Made by a program: the position numbers and the translations under genes. Under the pieces are notes generated by a model that was not told the DNA's origin, did no database searches, and saw only the letters and a program-made list of their open reading frames with translations. Positions 1 to 8,362 of a stretch of DNA of 32,000 nucleotides are shown here, piece by piece. This DNA is from an uncultured Clostridia bacterium (GTDB lineage Bacteria > Bacillota > Clostridia > Christensenellales > Aristaeellaceae). The stretch covers positions 15,699 to 47,698 of the forward strand of contig CAKUFG010000020.1 of NCBI GenBank assembly GCA_934647235.1, given 5' to 3'. Numbering within the stretch: the first letter of the stretch is position 1; every line of letters begins with the position of its first letter.

Positions 1-320
1 GGGCGCATCCCCTTTTTGGCAATATAATATGGACGATCCGTGCCGCGTTGGACGTTGATCTCAATGATTTTCTTTCCGGCTTCTTCAATGGTCCTGTAGT
101 GAAGGAACATGGTGACATCCGGCTTGATGGAATCCCGGACCATGTTGCTGACCTGCAGCGCAGCGCCGTCCGGGTCATCCAGACCGATTACTTTGCCGCT
201 ATCCAGGACGCCGATATACAGCGTGCCGCCGTCACTGTTTGCAAAGGCAATGATTTCCTTTTTGACGTCGTCCACAACGATCGATTTCAATTCCACGGTT
301 TCGCTTTCCTGATAAAGCAT
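1..320 (-). CDS. AlbA_2 (Schlafen-type, 'divergent AAA') domain protein, N-terminal part. The 3' end runs off the window.
   Basis: It is absent from the ORF track because there is no stop in the window. Reverse-complement translation from the ATG at 320-318 gives MLYQESETVELKSIVVDDVKKEIIAFANSDGGTLYIGVLDSGKVIGLDDPDG...QRGTDRPYYIAKKGMRP. This carries the ESETvEfK / AFANsdGGtLYIGV / RPYY signature of AlbA_2 domains. The + ORF 48..362 is its antisense shadow. Confidence 0.7.
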   Translation of the reverse strand, partial: MLYQESETVELKSIVVDDVKKEIIAFANSDGGTLYIGVLDSGKVIGLDDPDGAALQVSNMVRDSIKPDVTMFLHYRTIEEAGKKIIEINVQRGTDRPYYIAKKGMR

Positions 321-322
321 AT

Positions 323-531
323 CGTCAACCCCCTTGGCAGATCTATCTCGTCATCATTATAATAAATCCCGTCAACAAAATCAATGCGCTTGACGAGATT
401 TGAAAGGAATGGTGACGAGATAATTTGATTGTTCCCGTAATTCAAGGGAATTATCATGCATTGCATCAGGACGAACTGCTGATATCTCGTCAATCATGTC
501 GTCATGCCGTCATGTATTAAATGAAACGTCA
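323..531. promoter_or_regulatory. Cluster of ATCTCGTCA 9-mers and CGTCA cores in the AT-rich region upstream of the AlbA_2 gene
   Basis: ATCTCGTCA occurs at 345-353 (+) and 484-492 (+). Its reverse complement TGACGAGAT occurs at 391-399 and 413-421. Extra CGTCA cores start at 323, 370, 500, 508 and 527. Confidence 0.5.
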
Positions 532-584
532 CGAATCCTATGCACTTTTTATGACATATCAGGCTGATATACGCCTTGCGGTTT

Positions 585-1451
585 TCAGAGCCGCGCCAGG
601 ATTTCCCCAATATCTCCGTCAATGCAGACGGCCTGCTCCGCAATTTCTTTGGGGCATGCGGCCTGCCCCTGATTGACGCAAGCATAAACGGCGTTTGGAT
701 TGCGTGCCGTCATCCGCCAGAAGGGGTACTTGATGATGACCGGCGTATTGTAGCCCACGCCCAATTCAAGATAAAGGATTTTCTGTCCTTTGCGGGTGCG
801 CAGAAAGCTTTCATACCGCTCGGCGGCGGCATGCCAGCCTTCGTCCTCGACGAATTTATCGTCCGAACGCAGGTTCATGGTCAGAGGCTTTCCACAATGC
901 GGGCAAACGGGAATCAGCTCGGTCGGAACACGCATGTCTTTTTGTCGATCGACCATTTCGCGAACGATCGCTTCGTTGTCCCAGGTTTCCTGGCAGCAGG
1001 GATCGCTGCACTGAAACAGTCCGTAATCGCCCTGGGTGTAAAACAGCCGCTTTTTATCAAAGCCTGCCTTCTGGAAGCAGTGATCGACGTTGGTGGTAAT
1101 CACAAAATAATCCTTGCCCTGCAAAAGCTTAAGCAGATTTCCATACGCCGGCTTGGGCGCGTCCATGTAGCGGTTTACGAAAATATACCGGCTCCAATAG
1201 GCCCAGAATTCTTCCTTCGTGGGATACGGGAAAAAGCCGCCGGTGTACATATCCGAAAAGCCGTATCTGGCCGCGAAATCGGAGAAATATTGAGTAAATC
1301 GCGTGCCGAAATAGGTAAATCCCGCCGACGTGGACAGCCCCGCGCCCGCGCCGATGATGACGGTATCAGCGTCATGCAGCGCCTGCTTCAGCCGATCAGT
1401 CTGCGCGGAGCAGGCGGGTATAGATGGATTTATCGATTTCCTTGAAAACAT
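585..1451 (-). CDS. Sir2-family protein of the macrodomain-linked (SirTM-like) type, a putative protein ADP-ribosyltransferase
   Basis: The 288-aa ORF has a Rossmann motif VIIGAGAGLSTSAGF. It has TTNVDHCF and YTQGDYGLFQC where classical sirtuins have QNID and HG, plus zinc-ribbon cysteines (CSDPCC...CPHCG). It lies directly downstream of a macrodomain gene and overlaps it by 56 nt. The true start may be internal. Confidence 0.7.
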   Translation of the reverse strand: MFSRKSINPSIPACSAQTDRLKQALHDADTVIIGAGAGLSTSAGFTYFGTRFTQYFSDFAARYGFSDMYTGGFFPYPTKEEFWAYWSRYIFVNRYMDAPKPAYGNLLKLLQGKDYFVITTNVDHCFQKAGFDKKRLFYTQGDYGLFQCSDPCCQETWDNEAIVREMVDRQKDMRVPTELIPVCPHCGKPLTMNLRSDDKFVEDEGWHAAAERYESFLRTRKGQKILYLELGVGYNTPVIIKYPFWRMTARNPNAVYACVNQGQAACPKEIAEQAVCIDGDIGEILARL

Positions 1452-2175
1452 TGAAGATCACCTTTTTCACGCTGGTTGGTTGATGGAGGAAGTCCTTGAC
1501 TGTCCGCACGGCGATTTCCGCCGCCTGCTCGTTGGGAAAATGGAATTCGCCGGTGGAGATGCAGCAGAACGCGATGCTTTCCAAATTATTCGCCGCCGCC
1601 AGCTCCAGACAGGAGCGATAGCAGCTTGCCAGCAGCTCGCAGTCGCGCTCCGTCGGCGCATCGGCGATGATCGGCCCCACGGTGTGAATCACATACCGGC
1701 ACGGCAGGTTGAACGCGGGCGTGATTTTGGCCTGCCCCGTAGGCTCGGGGTATCCCTGTTTTTGCATGATTTGATCGCAGACAAGGCGCAGCTGCACGCC
1801 TGCGAAGGTGTGAATCGCGTTGTCGATGCAGCGGTGGTTGGGCACATAGCAGCCGGTCATGCCGGAGTTTGCCGCATTGACGATCGCGTCGCAGCGAAGC
1901 GTCGTAATGTCGCCCTGCCAGAGATAAATCCCCGGCTGAATGGGTGAAAGCGAATCCGCGTCCGTCGCGCCCTTTTCTTTTGCCGCTTCGCGCAGGTATT
2001 CATCCTGAATCTTCAGGAATTCCACGTCAGAGCTTTGCGCCGGGCGCACGTTCATCAGCCCGCGCAAAAGCAGCCGCTGATCGTCCGCGTCCTGCGGCAC
2101 GCCCCAATCGCGATACGCTGGGTTTTCATTCAAAAGCGACCGAATCAGGTATTGCCGCCGTTCGGATTGATTCAT
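1396..2175 (-). CDS. Macrodomain protein (ADP-ribose binding/hydrolase, MacroD-like)
   Basis: The 259-aa ORF contains LWQGDITTLRCDAIVNAANSGMTG, CIDNAIHTFAG, VIHTVGP and CCISTGEFHFP. These are the canonical macrodomain motifs (GDIT...NAAN, G-x-G-type loop ISTG). Confidence 0.85.
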   Translation of the reverse strand: MNQSERRQYLIRSLLNENPAYRDWGVPQDADDQRLLLRGLMNVRPAQSSDVEFLKIQDEYLREAAKEKGATDADSLSPIQPGIYLWQGDITTLRCDAIVNAANSGMTGCYVPNHRCIDNAIHTFAGVQLRLVCDQIMQKQGYPEPTGQAKITPAFNLPCRYVIHTVGPIIADAPTERDCELLASCYRSCLELAAANNLESIAFCCISTGEFHFPNEQAAEIAVRTVKDFLHQPTSVKKVIFNVFKEIDKSIYTRLLRAD

Positions 2176-2187
2176 AATGCCCTCCGA

Positions 2188-3117
2188 TCAGAACATGGAT
2201 AATTGCGCCGAGATATACGATTCCTGCCGTGCCTCGATGATGCTGTCGCCCTCGCGCAGATGACCGATCAGCAGCGGCGAATGGGGATCGTGCAGCCGCC
2301 GGCTGCGCTCCACCGTATTGCGGTCGTAATTGGCATAACAATAGACGCAGCCGTGCGGGCAGGTGTTGTACATTCCGATGTCCGCGCCCAGCAGGCAGTC
2401 GCATTCTGCGCGCGGCGATTTCTTCGATCTCGGCACGTTCAGCCGGCAATCGAGCGCTTTTTCCAGCACATCGCGCGTCATGCAGCCCGAAACATCTGCG
2501 CCGTACTGCGCCAGGCTTGGATTCTCGCAGCAGGTGCGAATGGAAATGCTGTATTTCTGCCCGATTGCGGCGAACGCCTGAATGAGCAGCTTTTGTTCCT
2601 CCATCGAAACCGCCCGCGCCTGCGGAAAATTGCGCTTCGTCTTTTCATACAGGTCGATAAAGCTGACCACGCAGGAATTGACAGATCCGCAAAGCGCCGC
2701 CGCCATCGCTTCAAAGCTGCGCAGGTGGTATTTCAGCGAATACTTCTCCGTGATAAACACGGGGTCGTATCGCCAGCCGACCGCCCGTGCGCCAACCAGG
2801 CTGGATAGCTGCCGAACGGATTCCAGCACGCGCACTTTGTCCGGCACGAACGGCTCGATCTCTTTGCCGTAGGGCGTAACCGTGACGAACCAGAACTGCT
2901 GGAACGCGCTTAGCTCGCCCAGCCGTGCAAGCATCGGCTGCGGGTTTTTGGTGCAGAAGCACAGCGCATCCACGACCGCCGGGTCGAGCCGGTATTTCAG
3001 CACCTGCTCCGAGCGATAGGGATTGCGCGCCAGCACAAAGCCCTCGCGAACGCGGTTATAGAACCATTCGCTGTAGCAGGCGGGAATGTCTGTGCGGCAG
3101 CCGGTGTTCAGAATCAT
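2188..3117 (-). CDS. DUF1848-family protein with a C-terminal CX3CX2C (radical-SAM-like) cysteine motif
   Basis: I trimmed the ORF 2188..3144 to MILNTGCRTDIPACYSEWFYNRV, a typical DUF1848 N-terminus. The C-terminal motif is NTCPHGCVYCYANY. It ends 12 nt upstream of the macrodomain gene. Confidence 0.65.
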   Translation of the reverse strand: MILNTGCRTDIPACYSEWFYNRVREGFVLARNPYRSEQVLKYRLDPAVVDALCFCTKNPQPMLARLGELSAFQQFWFVTVTPYGKEIEPFVPDKVRVLESVRQLSSLVGARAVGWRYDPVFITEKYSLKYHLRSFEAMAAALCGSVNSCVVSFIDLYEKTKRNFPQARAVSMEEQKLLIQAFAAIGQKYSISIRTCCENPSLAQYGADVSGCMTRDVLEKALDCRLNVPRSKKSPRAECDCLLGADIGMYNTCPHGCVYCYANYDRNTVERSRRLHDPHSPLLIGHLREGDSIIEARQESYISAQLSMF

Positions 3118-3228
3118 GACTCCTCCGATTTCTGCAGGCAGCAAGGCGCCTGCCCCAGCCTGCGCTTCTATTATAGCGGGTTCCCGGAATAAAGAAAAGT
3201 ACGCACTTTTTTATAACCGGGGGGCGGA

Positions 3229-3257
3229 TTGACAGGCAAATGCGCAAAGGTTACAAT
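3229..3257 (+). promoter_or_regulatory. SigA-type promoter for the HxlR-family gene
   Basis: TTGACA (3229-3234), a 17-nt spacer, then TACAAT (3252-3257). It lies about 40 nt upstream of the GGAGG-preceded ATG at 3297. Confidence 0.55.
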
Positions 3258-3296
3258 AAGCATGCAATATACAAAATGAAACCGGAGGAATTTGTC

Positions 3297-3629
3297 ATGC
3301 TGACCAAGGCCGAGCTGCCTGAATGCCCCGTCGCCACCGCCGTGCAGCTGATTGGCAACAAGTGGAAGCTGCTGATCCTGCGCAACCTGATGACGCGCCC
3401 GTGGCGCTTTAACGAGCTGCTCAAAAGCCTTCCGGGCCTGAGCCAGAAGGTGCTTACCGATAACCTGCGCGCCATGGAGGCCGACGGCATCATCACGCGC
3501 ACGGCCTATCCCGAGGTGCCGCCGCGGGTGGAGTATGCGCTGTCCGAGCTGGGCGAATCCATGCGGCCCATCATGAAGGCGTTGGAGGTATGGGGCACAG
3601 ATTATCAGAAGCTGGTTCGCGGCCAATAA
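3297..3629 (+). CDS. HxlR-family winged-helix transcriptional regulator
   Basis: CPVATAVQLIGNKWKLLILRNLMTRPWRFNELLKSLPGLSQKVLTDNLRAMEADGIITR...PPRVEYALSELG is the HxlR signature. I chose the start at the ATG with GGAGG 8 nt upstream. The ORF track starts earlier, at 3240. Confidence 0.85.
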   Translation: MLTKAELPECPVATAVQLIGNKWKLLILRNLMTRPWRFNELLKSLPGLSQKVLTDNLRAMEADGIITRTAYPEVPPRVEYALSELGESMRPIMKALEVWGTDYQKLVRGQ

Positions 3630-3634
3630 AAACG

Positions 3635-3680
3635 CTGGACGCCGACAACGCCGACGTCCAGCCGCCGCCCGATGGGCGGC
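3635..3680. terminator. Two GC-rich hairpins between convergent genes
   Basis: The first is CTGGACG(3635-3641)...CGTCCAG(3655-3661). The second is GCCGCCC-GAT-GGGCGGC (3664-3680). U-tracts are weak. Confidence 0.4.
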
Positions 3681-3706
3681 AGAGATGATTTCTGCCTGAT
3701 GAAGCC

Positions 3707-4105
3707 TTATTTTGCCGCCGCCACGGGCTCGCCCGCCAGCGTGGATACCTCGCCGGTCCGGGCGTTGAGTGTCAGCGGATCGGCATGGGACAGAATCTTC
3801 GCCGCTGCTTCCGCATCATAGAAAAACAGCGTATCCGCGCCGCAGACGGACAGGGCCACAACCGCGTCGGCCGGCATGGCGACGCTTTCGCATGCAAGCA
3901 CGGCGGCGATTTCTGCCTCCGTGTAGGGCGCGGCGGTAACGGGGTTGACAGCGCTGGGGGTGATCATGGACCTGGCCATATAGACGGCGCCTACGCCGTA
4001 TTCCGCGCTGTTGAGCGCGATGGTGGGATAGGCAGGCTCCGCCATTGCGGCAGAGGAAAGCGTGATGGCAGTCAGAAGGGTCAGCAGAGAAATTGCACGT
4101 TTCAT
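3707..4105 (-). CDS. Small secreted protein of unknown function (signal peptide)
   Basis: Trimmed to MKRAISLLTLLTAITLSSAAMAEP, which has a basic n-region, a hydrophobic core and an AMA cleavage-like site. An AAGGAGTG RBS lies upstream. Confidence 0.55.
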   Translation of the reverse strand: MKRAISLLTLLTAITLSSAAMAEPAYPTIALNSAEYGVGAVYMARSMITPSAVNPVTAAPYTEAEIAAVLACESVAMPADAVVALSVCGADTLFFYDAEAAAKILSHADPLTLNARTGEVSTLAGEPVAAAK

Positions 4106-4303
4106 TGAGAAACACTCCTTTGTTATCGGGGCTCGCCCCTGTTTTCGGGTGCTATTATAAGGCGGCTTTTCCCCGCTGTGAAGTACGCACAATAAGGTGC
4201 GGTAGTTACCCGAAGGATATCCACGGCGCTGCTTTGCCGGCGGGATAAACATAAACAGGGCATCAGGATGCTCCCGATACCCTGCTTGGCTTATTGCGCT
4301 TTT

Positions 4304-4912
4304 TTATACAGGAATGCTCTGCCGGCCGGTGATCCACTCCCGCAGGCAGCGGAAATCCTCCGGGGTGTCGCTGTCCAGCACCGTGCCGCGATCCAGCACC
4401 GGCAGGCTGCGGATGGGCGCGCCGCTGCTTTCCATTGCGCCGCGCAGGCCGCCCGGCCCGTCATAGGCGATTAAATAATCCATCCATTCTGCCTGGATGA
4501 AAACGGGGTGGCCATACTGCCCGTGCCAGTTGGGGCGCACAAAATCGCCGGCAGTATCGCGCAGCATGGCCGCCGTGGCATGGCATACCAGCGGCACGTC
4601 GGCGGGGGAGATCATCACCCGCTCTGTGCGCCCCCGCAGGGCGGCAAGCGCCAGACGCAGCGAGTCCATCTGCTGGGTGGAGGCGTAAGCGGGATTGAAT
4701 ACAAACTCTACGTCCGCTTCCCCTGCCAGCGCGGCTTCCAGCGCCTTGCGCCGGTGCCCGGTGACGATTACGATGGGCGATGCGCCGCAGCGGCGCATCA
4801 TGCAGATGACGCGCTGGATCATGGTTTGCCCGTTAATGCGCAGCAAGGGCTTGAAATCGCCCATGCGGCTGGACAGACCGGCGGCCAGAATGATACCGGA
4901 CAGCTTTTGCAT
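4304..4912 (-). CDS. MobA/MocA-like nucleotidyltransferase (molybdenum cofactor cytidylyl/guanylyltransferase family)
   Basis: Trimmed to MQKLSGIILAAGLSSRMGDFKPLL, the LAAGxSxRMG NTP-transferase motif. A GGAGG RBS lies upstream. A Mo-hydroxylase operon is in the neighbourhood. Confidence 0.75.
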   Translation of the reverse strand: MQKLSGIILAAGLSSRMGDFKPLLRINGQTMIQRVICMMRRCGASPIVIVTGHRRKALEAALAGEADVEFVFNPAYASTQQMDSLRLALAALRGRTERVMISPADVPLVCHATAAMLRDTAGDFVRPNWHGQYGHPVFIQAEWMDYLIAYDGPGGLRGAMESSGAPIRSLPVLDRGTVLDSDTPEDFRCLREWITGRQSIPV

Positions 4913-4938
4913 AAAAACCTCCAGAAATCCAAATGTGG

Positions 4939-5589
4939 TTATGCGGATGCGGCGCTGCCTTCGCTGATAACGCCTGGCTGCATGCCGCAATACAGAATGC
5001 GAAAGCCTGCTCCCGTCCACTCCGCTGTGGTGATTCCGCCGTAGGGCTGGGGCAGACGCAGCACGTCGTCAGGGGGCAAGCCCAGCTCACGGCACAGCCA
5101 GCCGCGTGCTGCACCGCTGTGGGAGATAATAGCGATATTGCCGCTTTCGGATGCGCAGATGCGATGCAGCGCGCGCGACAGCCGTTCCCCGGCAGTCTGA
5201 AAGCTTTCGCCGTCCGGGGGCGGGCAGGTGCCAATATGCAGTCCGCGCTGCGCATACAGCTGCGGCCAGCGGCTTGCAATCTCCGAGAACGTCAGGCCGT
5301 CCCATTGCCCAGCGTCCAACTCCTGCAAATCAGCATCATAGTAAACGGGCAGGCGCAGTCGATGCCCGATGATGCGGGCGGTATCGGCGGCGCGGATCAG
5401 CGGGCTGGCGTACAACGCGCAAATACCTTTATCGGCAAGATAAATCGCGGCCTCTTTGGCCTGCAGCATGCCGGCATGGCTGAGCGGCAGATCGGTGCGG
5501 CCAATGCAGCGCTTTTGACCATCCAGCGCTTCCGGCTGACCGTGCCGGATCAGATAAACCCTGATTTTAACCGCCTCCCTTGCCCGCAT
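4939..5589 (-). CDS. Histidine phosphatase family protein (phosphoglycerate mutase/CobC-like)
   Basis: YLIRHGQPE (the RHG catalytic motif), SPLIRAADTA and IISHSGAARG (the second His motif). Confidence 0.8.
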   Translation of the reverse strand: MRAREAVKIRVYLIRHGQPEALDGQKRCIGRTDLPLSHAGMLQAKEAAIYLADKGICALYASPLIRAADTARIIGHRLRLPVYYDADLQELDAGQWDGLTFSEIASRWPQLYAQRGLHIGTCPPPDGESFQTAGERLSRALHRICASESGNIAIISHSGAARGWLCRELGLPPDDVLRLPQPYGGITTAEWTGAGFRILYCGMQPGVISEGSAASA

Positions 5590-5648
5590 GTTACCATTGA
5601 TTGTAAGCGGAATCGCAGGGCGCGCAAGTAGCCTGCGCTACATGGCGG

Positions 5649-5677
5649 TTGCATTTTGAATAAAAGGACGTTATAAT
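5649..5677 (+). promoter_or_regulatory. SigA-type promoter for the Crp/Fnr-family gene
   Basis: TTGCAT (5649-5654), a 17-nt spacer, then TATAAT (5672-5677). The ORF-track ATG at 5676 lies inside the -10 box, so I prefer the start at 5730. Confidence 0.5.
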
Positions 5678-5729
5678 GCAGGCGAATAAAGCGTTGGCAA
5701 AACGAAAGCAAAGGACAGGGGAGAGGCGA

Positions 5730-6392
5730 ATGGCGCACGCCTATTTGATGGAGCCGCAGGCCGCGGAGCTGTTTTTGAAGATCGGCGAACCGGCTACATT
5801 TCGAAAAAATACGGTGCTATTTGAGGGCAACAGCACGCCGGATCGGTGCTTTTTTGTGCGCGGCGGATTTGCCATGGGCATGACCGCCACGCAGGATGGC
5901 GCGCAGCATTTTTTCGGCATGTATGAGCCGGGCAGCATCATCCTGTGCCAAAGCCTGTTCGCAGCTTTTCCCATGCCGCTGTCCATTGTTGCGCTGACGG
6001 ACTGCGACACGGTGATGGTCAGGCGCGAGGCCTTTCTGCAGGCCATGCAGGCAAGCTCGGAGCTGCGGGCGCAGGTGCTGCGCATGGTATCGGGGCAGTA
6101 TCTGCAGGCTATGGAGTTCATCCGCGATATCCATGTGATGAGCGCCAATCAGCGCCTGTGCATGCTGCTGCTGCGCCTGCTGGGGGCGGATTGCCCAGCT
6201 GACGAGCCAGTGGAAATGAAGGACGCGCCCAGCCAGCAGATGCTGGCCGATATACTGGATGTGAACCGCATTACCGTGGTGCGGGCGATGAAGCGCCTGA
6301 AGGCTTCCGGCGTGCTGCTGCCCGCGCCTGTGGGAACGATCAAAATTAAAAGCGCCCGGGCGCTTCAGGCCTGGGCGGAGCAGCAGCTGTAA
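5730..6392 (+). CDS. Crp/Fnr-family transcriptional regulator
   Basis: The N-terminal part is a cNMP-binding-like beta-barrel (FRKNTVLFEGNSTPDRCFFVRGGF). The C-terminal part is an HTH (SQQMLADILDVNRITVVRAMKRLKASGVL). GGGGAGAGG lies upstream of the ATG. Confidence 0.75.
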   Translation: MAHAYLMEPQAAELFLKIGEPATFRKNTVLFEGNSTPDRCFFVRGGFAMGMTATQDGAQHFFGMYEPGSIILCQSLFAAFPMPLSIVALTDCDTVMVRREAFLQAMQASSELRAQVLRMVSGQYLQAMEFIRDIHVMSANQRLCMLLLRLLGADCPADEPVEMKDAPSQQMLADILDVNRITVVRAMKRLKASGVLLPAPVGTIKIKSARALQAWAEQQL

Positions 6393-6398
6393 ATGGGA

Positions 6399-7598
6399 TC
6401 AACGATCCTTTCGCTTGTAATCCTCAAACAAAGATAAATACAGGGCCGTGATAACGCGGCAATCCTTGAGATTCAGCTGGAAAAGCTCTTCAATGCGCTG
6501 AACGCGGTACATCACCGTGTTTTTGTGGATGAAGAGCTTTTCCGCGGCTTTCTGGTAATTCATTTCGCTCAGCAGGTAGGCGTGCAGGGTGTCAAAGTAG
6601 TTGGTCTCATGCTCCTGATCGTGCTTGCGGATCATGTCGATTGCCGAGTGATACAGGCACATGCCATTGGGCGTTCGTTTCAGAACCAAATAGGCGATGG
6701 GCATTTTGTAGTTTTCAACAAACACCACGCGGCTTTCATTATCGTCAAAATCAGCCAGATCCACTGTGCGCTGGCAGGCATGCAGGTGGTTGATCAGCAA
6801 TTTCAGGTCGGAAAACGGCTCGCTGACTACCACACGCGGCACTTCAGGCACAAGCTGCTGCAGGGCCTCCAGGTCGTAGGGCTCGTAAGCCTTTTTCAAA
6901 ATGACAATGCCGCCCTGGTGCTCTACCGGCCAGGTATCGGCATAGTGCGCGCAGAACTGCGCGGTCTTCTGCCATACGGCTGCCACCGCCTCGCCGTGCA
7001 GCGGGGGCAGATATACCAGCCGCCATTGACGGATACGGTTCAGCTCCGAATCATACAGGCGGTTGGTATGGCACCAATCCTCCGGCGCGCCGTTGAGAAG
7101 GCCGGACAGGTATACCTGCATGGAAAAGGCCGTCTGTTCGGTGACGTACTTACTCAATCGCAGCGCCAACAGGAAATAGGGGGCCAAAAACTCCACCAAT
7201 TCGATACTTTCGGCCTGATTTTCGCAGGGAGAGGTCACCGGCACGTCCAGCACGCCCAGCATCCGCGCGCCCCAGAAGCAGCCGCAGTTGATGTGCGGAT
7301 GACGCATCATGGGGAAGGCGCCGATGAAGGCGTGCCCCTCGGAAAGCTTGCTGTCAATCAGCCGCACGCGCTCGCGGATTTCCTCCGGGGTAGAAAAGCG
7401 AAAATGGTCAGTGTATTCCTCCACCAGCTCCTGCGTGTAGTTTTTAGAGCGCGCGATGATCGTGCGCGTGGTGATGGTAAGCGCCACGGGCTGCCCCAGA
7501 TACTCCGCCGCCTTATTGCACATGCTGCCAAGGCTGCCTTCGGCGGCGATCAAATCCATAAAATCAATCTTGATCCGATCCTGAAGAAGTTGATCCAT
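6399..7598 (-). CDS. PucR-family transcriptional regulator (purine catabolism regulator-like)
   Basis: The C-terminal PucR-type HTH reads NYQKAAEKLFIHKNTVMYRVQRIEELF. It is divergent from a xanthine-dehydrogenase-family operon. Confidence 0.75.
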   Translation of the reverse strand: MDQLLQDRIKIDFMDLIAAEGSLGSMCNKAAEYLGQPVALTITTRTIIARSKNYTQELVEEYTDHFRFSTPEEIRERVRLIDSKLSEGHAFIGAFPMMRHPHINCGCFWGARMLGVLDVPVTSPCENQAESIELVEFLAPYFLLALRLSKYVTEQTAFSMQVYLSGLLNGAPEDWCHTNRLYDSELNRIRQWRLVYLPPLHGEAVAAVWQKTAQFCAHYADTWPVEHQGGIVILKKAYEPYDLEALQQLVPEVPRVVVSEPFSDLKLLINHLHACQRTVDLADFDDNESRVVFVENYKMPIAYLVLKRTPNGMCLYHSAIDMIRKHDQEHETNYFDTLHAYLLSEMNYQKAAEKLFIHKNTVMYRVQRIEELFQLNLKDCRVITALYLSLFEDYKRKDR

Positions 7599-7686
7599 CG
7601 GCTGGCCTCCAATGGCATAACATGGTTAAAAACATCTAACCACAGCGATTCAGGCTTGTTTTTCGCACAAGTCCTTCTCCAAAGCT

Positions 7687-7712
7687 TTTTCCTGTGTCCA
7701 TAGACAGGAAAA
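7687..7712. promoter_or_regulatory. Inverted repeat TTTTCCTGT-N8-ACAGGAAAA in the PucR / Mo-hydroxylase divergent region
   Basis: The arms are a perfect 9 bp (7687-7695 and 7704-7712). Confidence 0.35.
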
Positions 7713-7786
7713 TGTTTTGATTGTTATGATTATAGCAATTCTTGTACAGGCAGTCAAGCGCGCAAGGCGCCGTCTGCCGCAAGGCG

Positions 7787-7803
7787 TTTGTGCATTGCAC
7801 AAA
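7787..7803. promoter_or_regulatory. Perfect 17-bp palindrome TTTGTGCA-T-TGCACAAA, a candidate operator upstream of the Mo-hydroxylase operon
   Basis: It has 8-bp perfect arms and ends 44 nt upstream of the ATG at 7847. Confidence 0.45.
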
Positions 7804-7846
7804 GGGCAGGATCGTCTTTCTTTCAGTCAAAGGAGGAGAAGCATTC

Positions 7847-8362
7847 ATGAGCAGAACCATTTCCTTTAAGGTCAACGGCCGGACGGAGGTTTTTACCGTC
7901 GGCCATGACGAATCCCGGTTCACCATTCCGGATGAAGAAAAGCAGGCGGATACCCTGCGCGTCCGCCTGGGCCTGACCGGTACCAAGCGCGCGTGCAGCC
8001 AGGGCGCCTGCGGCTGCTGCACGGTGCTGAAGGACAACGTGGCCGTGCCCAGCTGCCAGCTGCTGACGGTGGATTGCGACGGCAGCGAAATTGTAACCAT
8101 CGAGGGGCTGGCCGATCCCAAAACGGGCAAGCTCGATCCCTTGCAGCAGTTGTTTGTGGATGATTATGCCTTCCAGTGCGGCTACTGCACGCCGGGCATC
8201 ATCATGACCCTGAAGGCGCTGTACATCAAAAGCCCCAATCCCACCGCTGAAGAGGTGCGCGAGGCGCTGTCGGGCAACCTGTGCCGCTGCATTTCTCAGT
8301 ATCATGTGTTCAACGCGGCTGAGCACTATCGTCAGCTGCTCAACGGGGAGGCGAAAGCATGA
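7847..8362 (+). CDS. (2Fe-2S)-binding small subunit of a xanthine dehydrogenase/aldehyde oxidase-family molybdenum hydroxylase
   Basis: The plant-type ferredoxin motif is CSQGACGCCTV. The second cluster motif is QCGYCTPGIIM...GNLCRC. An AGGAGGAG RBS lies upstream, and an ATGA overlap joins it to the next gene. Confidence 0.9.
   Translation: MSRTISFKVNGRTEVFTVGHDESRFTIPDEEKQADTLRVRLGLTGTKRACSQGACGCCTVLKDNVAVPSCQLLTVDCDGSEIVTIEGLADPKTGKLDPLQQLFVDDYAFQCGYCTPGIIMTLKALYIKSPNPTAEEVREALSGNLCRCISQYHVFNAAEHYRQLLNGEAKA

Noticed and set aside
48-1445. + strand ORFs 48..362 and 576..1445
   Set aside because: They are antisense shadows of the AlbA_2 gene and the sirtuin gene. The minus-strand translations carry clear family signatures and these do not.
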